Shown piece by piece: positions 1 to 14,000 of a stretch of DNA of 64,000 nt (positions are counted from its first letter, which is position 1; each line of letters opens with the position of its first letter). The DNA comes from Octopus sinensis. Lineage: Eukaryota. A program made the position numbers and the translations under genes. The notes under the pieces were generated by a model. The model was not told the DNA's origin. It ran no database searches and worked only from the letters and a program-made list of their open reading frames with translations. The stretch lies in NCBI RefSeq assembly GCF_006345805.1, contig NC_042998.1, positions 87,544,001 through 87,608,000 of the forward strand. Reading direction: 5' to 3'.

Positions 1-146
1 GATGCAACAGTACAAAACGGTATTGTAATACATGCAATTTAATGATTTTAAAGGGAGAAAATAATGAGAAATCAGAAATTACACATTTTACTTCGGTTTC
101 TAATTTTGCACCCTCCCCAATATATTTATATATGTTTTTGTCCCCA

Positions 147-250
147 CTCCACCGCTTAACAACTAGTGTTGGCTTATTTACGTCTCTGTTTCGGGAATAG
201 AGACTGATAGAATAAGTACTGGGGTCGATTTTTTGGTACTACTTAAATAC
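147..250 (+). mobile_element. SINE 3' module, family B (partial)
   Basis: gtgttggcttatttacgtc..gactgatagaataagtactggggtcgat matches copies at 29275 and 56335. Confidence 0.6.
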
Positions 251-3003
251 AGAGATACTTCTTAACACATAAAGCGAGACGGGCCACAATCGTGGCCATC
301 AGGCACAGTTCGACAGGCCATGATCGTGGCCCACACATATGCATTTAATTTATGGTCGTTTGTTGGGGACTAATGTCACTCAAACGCTCCGACACCCCTA
401 CAGAATGCAAAAGTTCAACTAATAACTTTTCAGATGATGTAAAACTTGCCACCATTATATACTAAGATTAACTTTTTTTTTTACGTGTGCATGGTAGTCT
501 TATTTTCGTAAAATATTCTCAGCAGTCCATACTATGTAAATGCAAATCCCAGCACTTTATAGGTTTAATACGGGTGTTACGTACAAAATATTTTGAATGT
601 ACGCTGTGTGGACGTGTAATGACACCCTAAAACTAACCCTCCCCTTCATATCGTCACGTAGATGCATCGGGACTCCTGTATTTAAGTAGTGTCGATTTAT
701 TCAACTAAAACCATTCATGGTAGTACCCCAGCACAGTTGCAGTCCAATGAGTGAAACAAACACAAGGAAACGTAAGCTATATTCTGAAGTGTTAGTGAAG
801 AAAGCGTATCTAATTATTGGACATTTTCTGTGTAGCATAAAATGTTGCTTCAGTAGTCTGCATGCTTTAAATTTTGAACAATGGCAGTGTGTTTACAGTA
901 CAACAAATATTTGTTAATTACAGCTAGACTTGCAAACCGAATGCTTCAATTCACGAGCTGTTTAAGCAAACTCAAACATAATAGGATATGCCATAGGATT
1001 TGTCTGATAAGTCTTAAATGTTATTTTGGAAACCATTTTAATTGTATCTACTACAAAAGCTTCATTTTACTAAAATGATTATACTGAAGAGAATACATAG
1101 ACTCAAGTTTAGCTGTAATTGTCAAAATACGAAACCTTTGTAAACACAGACGAATTTCCGTTAAATTATTACATTTGTGGTATGTCTTTAGAGATTAGAA
1201 TAGCTATGTTTGTATGACGGTTTCAACTCTAGATTATATCAACTTCATTTTAATTTCGCTATAGAAGTTGGCGACAAGCAATTCTTAATTTTTTCTTCTG
1301 AATTTTTCACTTATAACAGTTCACAATACGCTTGAATACGACAAAAAGTAGTCTTGTATTTAACACAAGTTATTGCATAAATATTAAGTGCTTCATATTC
1401 ATTAAACATTAACATCTTTAAGACGAATATTATAGGAAATAAATCTAGCAAAAACATGAATTATTAAAATATTTTCCGATTTGGAATTCGGATGTTACCC
1501 CAAACATCACGGAAAATTTTCACAGTGCTTAAAATTTGCGGACCTAGACAGGCATTTGCGTTATTAGATCATGCTTCCTCACGTACGTAAATACATCAAA
1601 ATAGATTATGTATATGTCTGTTTCATTAACTCACAAAAACATTACGGGCGATTTTTTTCTAGTTTATGTAATATATTCCATCTTTATGAATATGACAACA
1701 TTGTCCAATGAAACCTTTCTTAATTGTCATCAGTCAGGTATAATTCTGAAGAAATTTATTTCGAGCAGGTCGAGCAATCAACGAGGAGTCTTTTTCTCGC
1801 TGGTTGGAAGAAAACTTAGCAGTTGTTTGGCTCCAGATCAGCGCTGATCGAACAAATCTGTGACAAAAAAGCGTTCTAGACATTTGAGTATAACAGGAAG
1901 TCGATTATTTTCAGCAGGTAGAGTGACTATGTAGAAACTTCCTTGTTGAACGCACAGCCCAGCCGTATGCAATCATTACCTTCAACATGCACTGATATCA
2001 CTTACATGGTAGAAAATATTGTTATACAGCTTGCATACTCGACAATACTCTCGTCCTCTCTTCAAAATAAGCGACATTACTTAGTGAGGGATGCTTAAAT
2101 GATGCACGAGTGCAATCCAATCTAATTTGCTTGTCTTTTGATAAATCTTTTTAATAAGTATGGATTTTTATTTTTTCAATCTTTTATTAAAAAGTTCATT
2201 TGGTGTCAGTAACTTAGCAAATATACATTGCAAATATTTGTTAGATACTATTGTAGTCCATGCCTGTTTCTAATACAAACACATAACATTTCACTTGAAA
2301 TAGCATGTCTACAATATTCTACCCTTTTTAGAGAAGCTTTAAATAATGGTAGTACTGAAAATAACTCGTTAAATACTCTAAACAGATCTATTCCATTAAT
2401 AAACTTAGTTTAAACCACGCGTGCGTATGTTTTATTGTGTGTAAAAGGAAGCGTTATTTTTTGATTTTCGTTTAAAGACGTTCCACAAATAATCGTAACT
2501 ATCGGATAAAACTGAATATCTATTTCATTACATTTCGTGCTGCTGAGATCAACTTCGATAAAACTTATAGGTCAATTGTCAAAGTTACAGGACTTAAGAA
2601 ACAAGCAAGTTTCGTGATATTCTCATTATTTTCGATGCTGGTTAGTCATTTTGTTTCGCAGTAAATCGACCGGGTTTAACAAATGTGATTATATATTTCC
2701 ACTTGAATTGAGTCAGAGGAAATGTTTGGATTTAAGTAGTCTAACCTGTACAATCACAGTATTTTATAGTTTTCGTTTTAGATCTTTACATACAAACACT
2801 GATTCGATTGCCTTGTAGGCAATCGAATTAACGTATGTATGTAATGATCTTGAAATATGTTGAGACGAATCAATAATTTATTTGTGCATATGGTGAACGA
2901 AGTCGTGCAAGAGTTAACCTGCTTTCAAACTGACATCACAACGCGGTTTCAGTCTTCAATCGAAGCATAGACAAAAGAAACCTCAATATTTTACTTGAAT
3001 TGG

Positions 3004-3223
3004 AAGGTGGTAAGCCGGCAGAATCGTTAGCATGCAGGGAAAAATGCCTAGCAGCTTTTCGTCCGTCTTTATGTTTTGAGTTCAAATTCCGCCGAGGTCG
3101 ATTTTTGCTTTTCATCCTTTCGAGCTTGATAAAATAAGTAAGCACCTGCCACGCACTGGGGTTGATGTAATTGACTTACACCTCCCCACAATTGCTGGCC
3201 TTGTGCCAAAATTTGAAACCAAT
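3004..3223 (+). mobile_element. tRNA-derived SINE, family A
   Basis: A-box-like (c/t)ggcagaatcg, B-box-like gagttcaaattcc, body gcctttcatccttt..ataagta..ggggtcgatgtaat; at least 9 copies in the window. Confidence 0.85.
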
Positions 3224-4849
3224 ATTTTGCTTAAATTCACTTCTTCCGAGCAGAATTCGTAGTGGTACTTGAATGAAGTCAATTCACATAAATCATACCG
3301 TTAAATGCTCACCAAATAACCGTGATCGTTACAGTTTTATACATTTCATTCTACAAAATATTAGATTTTAGCATATAGTGAAGAATAGTTAATATCTTGA
3401 TTGGATTTGAGTGTTATTGAGTTACATTCTCACTGGGTCATCCGTCTCTAATCTTATTTAAACATTTTTTCTGCAGAAATCAAAAATATCCACCAAAAAA
3501 GCCGTTTTACATACCATTCTCTCTCTTGTTGAAGAGTGGCATGTTTCAAGCTATGTATTGTCGAAACATATCTAGTTTATTGAAGCAACATGACTTGCAG
3601 AAAATGTCAATTCTATTTACTGAAATAACCATGACATTTAATTTCGCAGTTAAAGGGTTAAAGCAATTTCATTACTATTTTCTTGCTGAAGAAGTAATGA
3701 AACCCTATATATTTCGCACTCTAATTTTATTTCTATAAATCGGAACTGCCTTAATGAAATACTTATCATTTCTTTCTGTTTTTCAGGTTAAAAGTTAATA
3801 TTACAACAACCAACATTTAAAGATATTTTTTAGCATAGTTTAATACCGCTTATAGAGTTGTGAGGTTAACACTACTTAAATTCGTTAAGCCTACGGTACC
3901 GTTCCAACTGATCTTTTGTTATATCGAAGCACCGCACTAAATAATTTTCTTATTTCTTTCCTCAAAGTAAATCCGCCGAATCAGAACTGTATGTAGGTAA
4001 TTATTTAGTTGTATGTTAAATCAATTTCTTTTACCTCATAAAAAAAAAAACGAAATCCATTTCTTTTTAAAGATAAACACAGACGTGCGACAGAATAAGT
4101 AACTTGTATTTAGGGTTTGGTTAGGATTCCAAGTTGTATCTTTTATTTTTACCTTGAAACTTTAAAGACAGACACGAAAGTTATGACTTTCTAACTTTGG
4201 CACAAAATTTAGAGGAGGTGTGGAGGAATGACTTAACAGCAGTGCTTGACTGATATCTATTTTAGCGATTAAAGAAAAAGTACTACGTAGATGTAGAGAT
4301 GTGAACCGAGAACGTGAGTTAAATACAGTGGAGCACAGTCTATTTTGCTGAATCTTTTACTCTGTGAACCTTTTAAAACCTTAACCGATGGTAATCATAT
4401 ATGTACTTACTTTTTTTTTATTACATCGCTATACAGTTCTTTATTTCATTACACCGTACCTTGTAGTTAAAACTGACGATTAATATTCAGTATTTTTATA
4501 AAAGACTTTCGTTTCACAATATTGATGTAAACTAAGAAGAAAGAATATAAACATGAGATCATTGCAATTCTATAACGGGAATTTTTAAATCAGTTTATCT
4601 AAAAAGCTAAACAATGAGTGAGACAAACACCAAATTAGCTCAGACGGAAAAGAAAACGATTACATTACTAGAATTCAAATGACACCCCACAATCGCTCTA
4701 ATTGATGGCCACAATAATTAGAAGCAAATTTGTGTTCATCAGTAAACAAATATAACAAATTTCTTCCTTCAGATATTTCCTGCCACTTTCCAATATGTTT
4801 ATGATCTGGTATCCATGGTAATGCAATCTGTTTCTGACAGGCGATTATC

Positions 4850-5002
4850 ATGACGACTACGAGACAGTTATTATCGTTGCGACGCATGTCTGAAGAATTG
4901 GAAAAGTTAGAGAATAAAAGTCAACAGAAACTTATACAACGTAGGCACTCGACAATATCTTATGAATCTTCAAGCACTGAGTGTTCGGAGCAATTTGAAA
5001 CA
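4850..5002 (+). CDS. Cyclin coding exon 1 (MTTTRQLLSLRRMSEELEKL..SEQFET)
   Basis: ATG with -3 A; strong donor ACA|gtaagt at 5003; phase 0 matches the next exon. Acceptor tttctgacag ends at 4840, so an upstream exon may exist. No homology anchor in this exon. Confidence 0.6.
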
Positions 5003-8000
5003 GTAAGTGTGAATTTCTAAATTAAAAAAAAATTCTTAACATTAATGACTATGCATATTCGATAAACGGATTTTTAACATTACTTTGATATATTAAGTCA
5101 TTTGCTTTTATTTGACTCTAAATGAATGAAAAGAATTATAGAGTACATAAAATGGTAATTTTGGGGGAGTGTGGTCTCTTTGAAATTGTGATTTATAGCT
5201 GTGCAAGCAACTGATATTAAGTGATAAGATACTTAAAAATACCAAGGATTGTCAGAATATTATAAAGTTTTGTTGTTGGTCTAGGTTTTCATGTTCAACT
5301 ATTAATAAATAATTGAGATAGGCATTTAGATATGTTAATAAACTGATAGTTACGCAGATAGATGAATCGATGAATAAATGTATAGATAGGTAGAAAGATG
5401 TATATCTGGATGGATGGGAAGGGAATTAACTAATTGATTTTAATTTTTCAATGAAGTGCACTTAGGCTATCTGTAGGTTTACGGCATTTTGCTTTCAACG
5501 AATACGTTATCGCTGATGACACCCTTCTTCAACATGTTGCTCAGTTGGGATATTGCACTTGGTGGTACGGTTTTGTAAAAATGCACCAAGATCCTGTGAT
5601 GAAGGTAACTGAGCTCCCAACGCATACATTTACAGATTGTTCTGAACCATCAAACCTACTTATCTGCTTTTAAACGCACACACAAAGGTAAAAAAAATGT
5701 AGAAAGAAGAGCTGACTGACATGATTCACGCTAAATCAGTTTGAGCCTTTGGCGAGGTAACAATGCTAAGATTTAGCAATTTAATATCAAGGTATATTGT
5801 CAGTTCAATATTAATTAATTTTATAAAAAATGCATTCAACAAAATGAAAGGACAGCAATTGCGTTTTAATGTATCTATAGTTACTAGGTAGATGGTTTAA
5901 AAGTAATTGTAAAGTATATAAATTTCTAACTTCTCGCGCGCGCGCGCGCGCGTGTGTGTGTGTGTTGTTCCCATTTCAACCGTATTTTTGTTTTCTGATT
6001 TGTTGGAATACAAATAAAAAAATTAATATAAATCAGATACAAGAGAAGACTCATTGGATCGATCATCTATCGACTTGAAAGGATAAGCGCTTAGCCTTGC
6101 TAGGTATCGAAATACGCGTCACATGCTACTCATGCGACTTATTTTCAAACATGTGAACTAAACCATACCGTTCACTGACAAGGTTATACATCATCTACAC
6201 TTTCGTCATGTCTGCTATCGCCCTCCAGACCTAAACACTTATGACTCTAATTTGCAATAGCAAAACTAGCACTCGGCTTTTGCTAAAGGCACGAGAGATA
6301 ATCGTTTTCTGTTTTGCATAATTTGTTTGAATAAATTTTCGCAGTCCTAATCAAATCTAAACGTAAGATTTTCACAAAATATCTAGTATCTGAACATTTC
6401 AATGCGAAATAACTTTTCTTTTCACTCAATTTCGTCAGGTTTTTCGAGACTCTGTAAATGTTAAACATAAAGTACGATTAGATATCTGCAGTGATGAAAA
6501 TTATATGCGACCTGATGATGGACCTGTTGAGAATTATGGAAATCTTGAGTGCAACTGTTCGTCAAACAAATGCAAAGGGCTCTCATTACAAATTTCAGGT
6601 ATATAAGCCACACTACACATAATACGTTACCTCCTTAATTACTGTTATCCACAATGATTGTATGTTCTTCATCACTGCTTTACTATTTTATATTAGAGTG
6701 ACCCCAGTAATTCTCTCAAACTGAAAATTTATATATTTTATTTAGATTACATAATATTTAGGTTAGTTGATTAAAAAATAATTTTTGAATCTCGAAAACT
6801 TAGAAATATAATACTATTAAAAACTTTGTCAATGTCGGATCCATCTTAAAGAACCTATATCTATGCGAACATTTGAACACTGTATCACAAATTAACAAAA
6901 CACTCGTCAGTTTTACATAGTGTCTTTACATCAGTAGGTTGTCACATTGTTGTACGCATTTGCATATTCCTCATCTACGCCTACTGGTCATGATTATGTT
7001 AGTAATACGATGCAAAGTACTAGTTTCTGTACTAGCTGTTCATTACTTCGCGGTCTTATAGCACTATCGCTATTTAATACTTATTGCTCTATTCTCTCAC
7101 TATACACAATGTCTTTTCAGATTTGTTTTGAAATATTTTTTTCATATTCAAACAAAATTTTATTTTCCATGAAATGATTCCTTAGACTCTCAAGAGTCTA
7201 GTTCAAGATTTGTTTCGTTTCTTGATTATATCAGTTTTGTTTAAGTCTTGGATACATCAAGGCCACTTAATCTCCGTACAATTTCTTACTAGTTTAGAAA
7301 TATCCAACATCATATTCCGTGGTGAGCATTTTTTAATATCAAGCTTCTAAGTAGAATTATTTCAGAGTTCGAGATGTACTATTCAGTTAATGTAATTATC
7401 AAACATATTTTGTATTTGAATTAATTATATTGATTGTTAAACCTCGCTAAAACCACTTAACAATATTAATCAGATTTAATATATTATGAGAAATGTGCAT
7501 TTTGAGATTGTCTTCAAAGCTTGTAGTTTCAATATTTCCTCAAATAGATTTTTTTACCAACAAAAACTTACCACCAAACGTTACCGACATCGATACTGGG
7601 GTTACGGACTTCACAAATTGTGGTGAATATGCCCAAGACATCATTCAGTACTTACAGGTGTGTTTCTTTTTTTCAAATGTTTACATTTTTTACTTTTATA
7701 ACGTTATGCTTATCTAGTAAAATCTAAAAGTTAAATAAATCCATTTCATTCTATCATACATTAAAGCAAGTTTGGCATTATACTTTTTTAGAAAGAGAAC
7801 ATAATCTGACAATTGAAGGAACGCGATTTATTCCCAATTGGCATTCAATTTTGCCACTGTAGGAACTACATATGCTCTTAAGGATTTATATATAGATCAG
7901 CAGTGATAGCAAATAATCTGCTGGTGTAAATTTTCCAGTTAGAGTATGATGAAATGATGCAGTACTCTATAACGAATATATCGATATTTTAACCTTTTTG

Positions 8001-11000
8001 AAAAAAACTTTTGGATTTAAGACCACATAGAAATTGTGTAAAAGACAAATAAAAATAAAAACTAACAAAAAGCTTTTTGTTGATTTTGTTTATATTCTCA
8101 ACTGCCTGTTTTGAATGCGATGTTCGTTGTGATAACTTTTAATATTAAGGAACATTAATGTACATCAAAATTACAACGGTTGCATATGTATTAAATAGAT
8201 ACTGATGCAAACTTACTATTATTTCTTCATTCACCAGTCTGTTATTGCTGATTTATCTGGGAAGCAAACCTGTGATCAATTTTCGATGCTCATCAGTAGC
8301 TCTCTCTTTCTAATATTTTAGTAACGTTTTACAGAAAAGATGCTAAAAATTCCATTTTCTTCCCACTTTAGGGAGCTAGTCAAAGGAAAATTTTCAACTA
8401 AATATTTTTCAAAATTATAGTCATTTGAAGTTTATATACTTAAAATATTCTTTTCCAGGAAGGGATCAATCGATAAAATAAGTACAAATTGAGCACTGGG
8501 GTCGATGCTATCGACTTATCTCGTAGCTGAAATTGATGATATTGTGCTAAAAACCAATACTCTTACAAGAATATGTCAGTATATGTCCATAGACATATAC
8601 TGTTTGTGTAAATCACATTTAACGCGAACGATACTTTTCTATGACCTTACATAAGTAGTCGGGAGGAAAATATTTTGCTGACAATAGCGAACTACAGCTA
8701 AAATATATTCTAAATGCTTTGATATCAGTTTATTAACTATAAGCATGACATATTTTATATAATTGCGTTCAACAAGGTAATCGAAATTTACAATGTTTAA
8801 TAATATTGGTGTAATTTATACAGTTAAAACTGAATATGATCGTTATTCTGGGAGATTTAATGAGCTGGTGCAAGTTATCTAAGAGATTTTTCTCATGAAA
8901 TCTTTGCCTCCAAATTTATATTTCTTTTAAAAAGATATTCTATTTTTCGCATTTCATCTTATGACTGGTCACACCAGAATACAAAATAGTAAAAAAAAAA
9001 AACAAAACAAATTTAGCAAATCAGAACTTCAGATTTTTTATGACCAATATGAATCGGATATACAGAAATGTACACAGTTTTTTATTAACTTCAATCACAA
9101 CAGCAAATGATCAGTATAGTTGTTTAAATGCATGCAAATCAGATAGCTGAATTAAAGTTTGAGTCGAGTTATTTCCGAATCCTGAAATCAGAGAAATTAA
9201 AATTACAAACTATAAAAAATTTGAAGCTTTTTGTTTGATCTGAAAGAAAAATATTAAATTTCTATTCGGTGCATATTATTTTTAATTGTAAGCAATCTGT
9301 GGTTTTGGAGTTTATAGAAAATGTTTTATGTATTTTTTAAATTGTAGGAAATTGAAAAGAAATGGGTCTTAAAAGCCGACTTTCTACGCAGGCAAAGAGA
9401 AGTAAGCTGTAACAGTCGAGGAATTCTGATTGATTGGATTATCAATGTACAAGTAGGTGTAAAATTTCTGATTATTTTCCTTATAATTTACTGTTAATTG
9501 GATGATAGTGCACAGTATATAGCTACGTAGGCACAGTGGTTTACATAATTAGCTTATTTAATTAAAAAGGAAGAAAGTATAAATTCAATTGAGCTCGAAA
9601 TTTTAAAATGGAAAAAAATTTCTTGTTTCAAAATTTGACTTCAATTATTTTTTTGAGTTTGCCATTAACTTCATTCGTCTAATGAAACTTTCAAGTTGTC
9701 CGTGAATTAAATTAGGTGGTGAGATGTTCAAGCGTGTAATGTAGTATACTATCTGTTTATGAGTCATGTATATCAATTTGCTGCTGGTGTTAAGTTTCTG
9801 TGCAGGATACTTACTTTTTATTGTGCTTCCCTTCATCAAACTGTCGGAAATACTAAATCCATAATATTCGGCCTCGGACGACCTCGACATTAAATCTGAG
9901 CATTTGTTGCTCCCGATTCTTCTTGTTTAACATCCATTCTATGTACAAATCATTCAAAACCAGGTTTTAAATGTTTTTGACTATGAAATATTACCACCAA
10001 TATTAATGGCTTCAAATCAACATGCATATTGTTGATGCATTGAAATGTCCAAATTCATGCCGCTTTGTTCCGGGTTCAAATATTATCAGCGAAGCCGATA
10101 CATTCATAATTAAAATACATCCATAATTAAAATAAGTACCGTCAATAAGTAAATTGATAAGTACATTCGTTACTTGTTGGTCATTCTATTAAACAATAAT
10201 TTGTATCTGTAAAGAGTAGTGATAATACTAAATTGCAATTGTAACAAGTTTAGAAGAAACCATGGAGCTTCATATGTAATCAGCTCTTCGTCTTGGCAAT
10301 TGGTATTTCAAATGGTCTGTTTACCATCTAACTACACACGCAGTGATATGAAGTATTAATACTTTCAAAACGCAAATTGCATTTCAAATCCATGTTAAGG
10401 CTGCCGCATCAAATATTCTACAACTATGGGTTATAAACTGGCATTGCTCTAATGCTGATATACTCAATTTCTACTTTGATTTTGCTTTTAGTTTCAGAAT
10501 CTAAGGAACTCCGAGTAAAAACTTCTATTTCAAAAAAGTATGATGGGACATGAAAATTGTCTTTTGGACAGAATTTCATACATATCCATGTGATGAATTC
10601 TTTCCCCCACTATTTACTGCAACTGTTTTATCTGTTGACCTATCTCGAGAGAGTGGGTTATATGCAAAAGATTTGTCACATTATCTTATTTGATCATAAG
10701 CATGAGACTTTTTGTTCTAAGGTTGGGAAAAAAAATCACCAATTTTTTTAATGTTAATATGTCTAGGTTCATCTGAAATTCTGCGAAGAAACTTTAATGC
10801 TCACAGTGAAGCTCATAGATGTATTTTTAGCTGTCCAAAATACACCCCTGGATAAATTACAACTTCTTGGAATTGCATGTCTTTTTCTTGCTTCCAAGTT
10901 TTACCAACAAGATATTTTAAAGGTTAGTCGTTATATAACGTTTTTTTAAATTTTTGTAATAGATAACATTATTACTACACCATTGTCTACAGAAACGTAG

Positions 11001-14000
11001 TATATGCTTGTACTCATACACCCACGCTCCTGAAATTAAATCAGTTACAGTATATATATATACAATTCACCTGGGAAATTATCAACAAAAGATTTAGTAA
11101 TAAAAATGATTATACTCTCGATGATCACAATACAAACAAAATACAATACTCAATTCACATATATTTATGCCTAATGGAAGGTGTTTAATTGAATTCCAGG
11201 TCTCTCAGCTCATTTATCTGACAGATAACTCTTACAGCAAACAGCAATTGCTCTCAACAGAATTGTTTGTTCTAGCAGTGATGAATTTTGAATTATCAAT
11301 ACCAACACCAATTGTCTTCTTGGGAAGATTCTTACTGGCTGAATTACATAAGAGAGAAGTATGTAACCTTATTTTCTTTACGCTTACGAATCTTATGAGT
11401 ATTTTCGCAGGTGTGTATTTCTGTTAAGTAATGAATATTTTCACGAGGATCTTAATTGCTAGCCATAAAGATTTTCCGTCAGATCTATTTTGTTTATATT
11501 GTAATATTCAATATTGTTCGATTAATTTGAAAATTTCAATTCTAAAGTGGATCACATTTTAACTCTTCCCTATTTTCTTATACAACGAGTTATATGATTG
11601 CATTAATTTATAAATTATATCACAACAGTTTTCACTTTAAGGTATAGTGATATGTGCATAACTAAGCAAAATATGTTTTTAGAAATGGGCGATTTATTTT
11701 TTCGTCAAACAAAAGGCAGATAAAAATTTAATCAATTTTCTCTTCACGGATTGCGTATTCCTTAATATTGTAGCCAATTTTGAAAGGAGTGACCTGTGCA
11801 GAAATGTTATTTTAACCATTTACAATTTTGGCCAGTTTTTTTTTTTATGTAACTCGGAAATTTAATTTCCCGCATTGAGAATGCATACTGAGCTACTACT
11901 TTAGATTTTGTAATAAAACTCACCCATAGAAAAATACAATACACTCAACAGATCTGTATGCCATTTAAGTAACGTTACAGGCCTTTTTATCTATTATCAT
12001 ATGTCTAAATTTCAAAAATAGCTTAATTCTATGCTTACAACCATCATTTGAATTATCCAGTATGATTTGATAAATTATGGGAAAAAAGACAAACCTAAAA
12101 CTGGACATCTATGTTGAATCTACAAAGTTCATGCTGTTTGATAAGGCTTTCTGTACAACTTGTATAAAACACAAGGAAACGGCTGAAAAGAAATAGCAGA
12201 GATAACATTTGTGTATATTTAATTAAAATCGAGATATAACATTGTCAGACACAATTATTTTCTAAAAGGATCATACTTATACCAGGATTATCAACTTAGT
12301 GAAAAATTTGAAAAAAAAAAAAAAAATCTTGCGCCTAATTTGCATATTAAATTTAAATATATAATTAGCTGATTTGCATAGGAAATTTGAATATATAATT
12401 TGAATATTTGGGTATTGAACTGGTTGCTCTGAAAATACAGTTTGACTAAGTGACAAGCAATCAAATTTGTTTAGTGTATTTCTTACAGAACTTGAAATAG
12501 TTCATTTGTGTATATCTAAATTAATTTAGTAATTCTTTTTCTTTTAACCACCCCGACTTTTGTGCATGAAATGTTTGTTAAAAACTACACTCTAAAGAAT
12601 ATTTTATACAGATAATCTCCTTTTTTGTTTATAAAGTCACGTGAAACGCGCGATCAGGCTTTAGTTAATATATGCACCAAGTTTTGAAACGGGTGTTTAA
12701 TATTACAGTCCCTACCCATTATTAGCCAAATTGCATATCGTGTAGTTATTGCTATATTTCGAAACCGTTTTAAGTTGCTATAGCTCCAGAGTGTTTTGTT
12801 CAATGAGCAAAATTATTTCTTTTTTTACTGAAAGAAACCTGTTGCTAAGGTCCTTAAATTGTGACCCAGTTATTTTACGTGTATCATGTATTTGAATTTT
12901 TGTTGTACTATGGTAACAGTTACAAGGTAAATTTTATAGCCTTTAGTTTCGATCGTCTGATTAGCCACTTACAGGACAAACTATTTGATAAATATGGTAT
13001 TAATGATAATAAATATTAATTACATATAACTTGTATCATAAGGACGAACTATTTTCTGAAATAAATATTCGTCATACACGTAAATATACTCAGATTAATC
13101 TAGTCTGTTTACACATCGTCTCTGGAAGAAAATCATTGAAATAAGGGTTCAGTTTTATTGTAATAACTTATTTATATAGAAAATTGACTGTGATTGATGT
13201 CATTAATACAGGAAATTAGTTAATGATGAACATCATTATATTTTGGCGACAACAATATCAGATTTCTCAGACTATCAATTTCATAGTGTGTGTTATTATT
13301 TAACTACGTTTTGGTTTTCAGAAGTCTTGTATATGTATATAAATATTTGAAGATAATGTAGTTCTAGATATAGCCTGGATAACAAATGGGATTGTCATGG
13401 CTAGAATACTTTTAATAACAAGTTTGCTCGTTCAGAACTGATCTGGCTTAACAGTTAAAATCTGTTATAACCAACCAACCTACCAACTCAACTCAATTCC
13501 CAAAAGTTTACCCGTTAACTTGCTGAAAATTTGCCTCCACTTTATTTTGCTATCTCGTTCTAATCTCAGTTTCTCATGCACATTGCTCCCTTCTATTCTG
13601 GCATATTTTTCCTTTGATGAATTTATTTTTGAATCTCTATACAAACTCTATCCCCATAGGCTCTTCTGCTGGGGGTTTGCTTTTTTTATTCGATGACTCT
13701 TTCATCTTTTCTCTCTCTTTGTTTTATTGCCTTTACTTAATGTTAAATTTCCAAACTTCACATAGAAATCTACTTAAAAAAGAATATGAGTTACACAGCC
13801 AAAGTTAATGCAGATTGTTTAGGAGTTTAGACATTCTGAAATAAAAATGTCAAATCTCGAGTGGATGGTAATTCTAACATTCTTTTATTAATAGTGTTAC
13901 GATGAATGTATCACAACTTTCGTTTTGTAGTGTGGTAAGTATAAACATATTGCCTGAGTTCATTCCGATTTTTTACCATCGGATATGCTGCGTACCTCGG

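Noticed and set aside
1690-2100. GC-richer, coding-looking segment and ORF 1608-1847 as an upstream exon or gene
   Set aside because: Every frame on both strands hits stops, no consistent splice pair was found and no recognisable motif is present.
8265-8300. Minus-strand CUGAUGA-GCAUC-GAAA hammerhead-like core
   Set aside because: Stem II is one base pair, and stems I and III do not pair.
9645-9890. Minus ORF with SSEAEY resembling copia RNase H
   Set aside because: The rest of the ORF lacks copia motifs; it is more likely a decayed LINE fragment in intron 4.
10492-10537. Pseudo-exon with ag and gtatga sites in cyclin intron 4
   Set aside because: 46 nt would shift the frame, and exons 4 and 5 already join seamlessly through the cyclin box.
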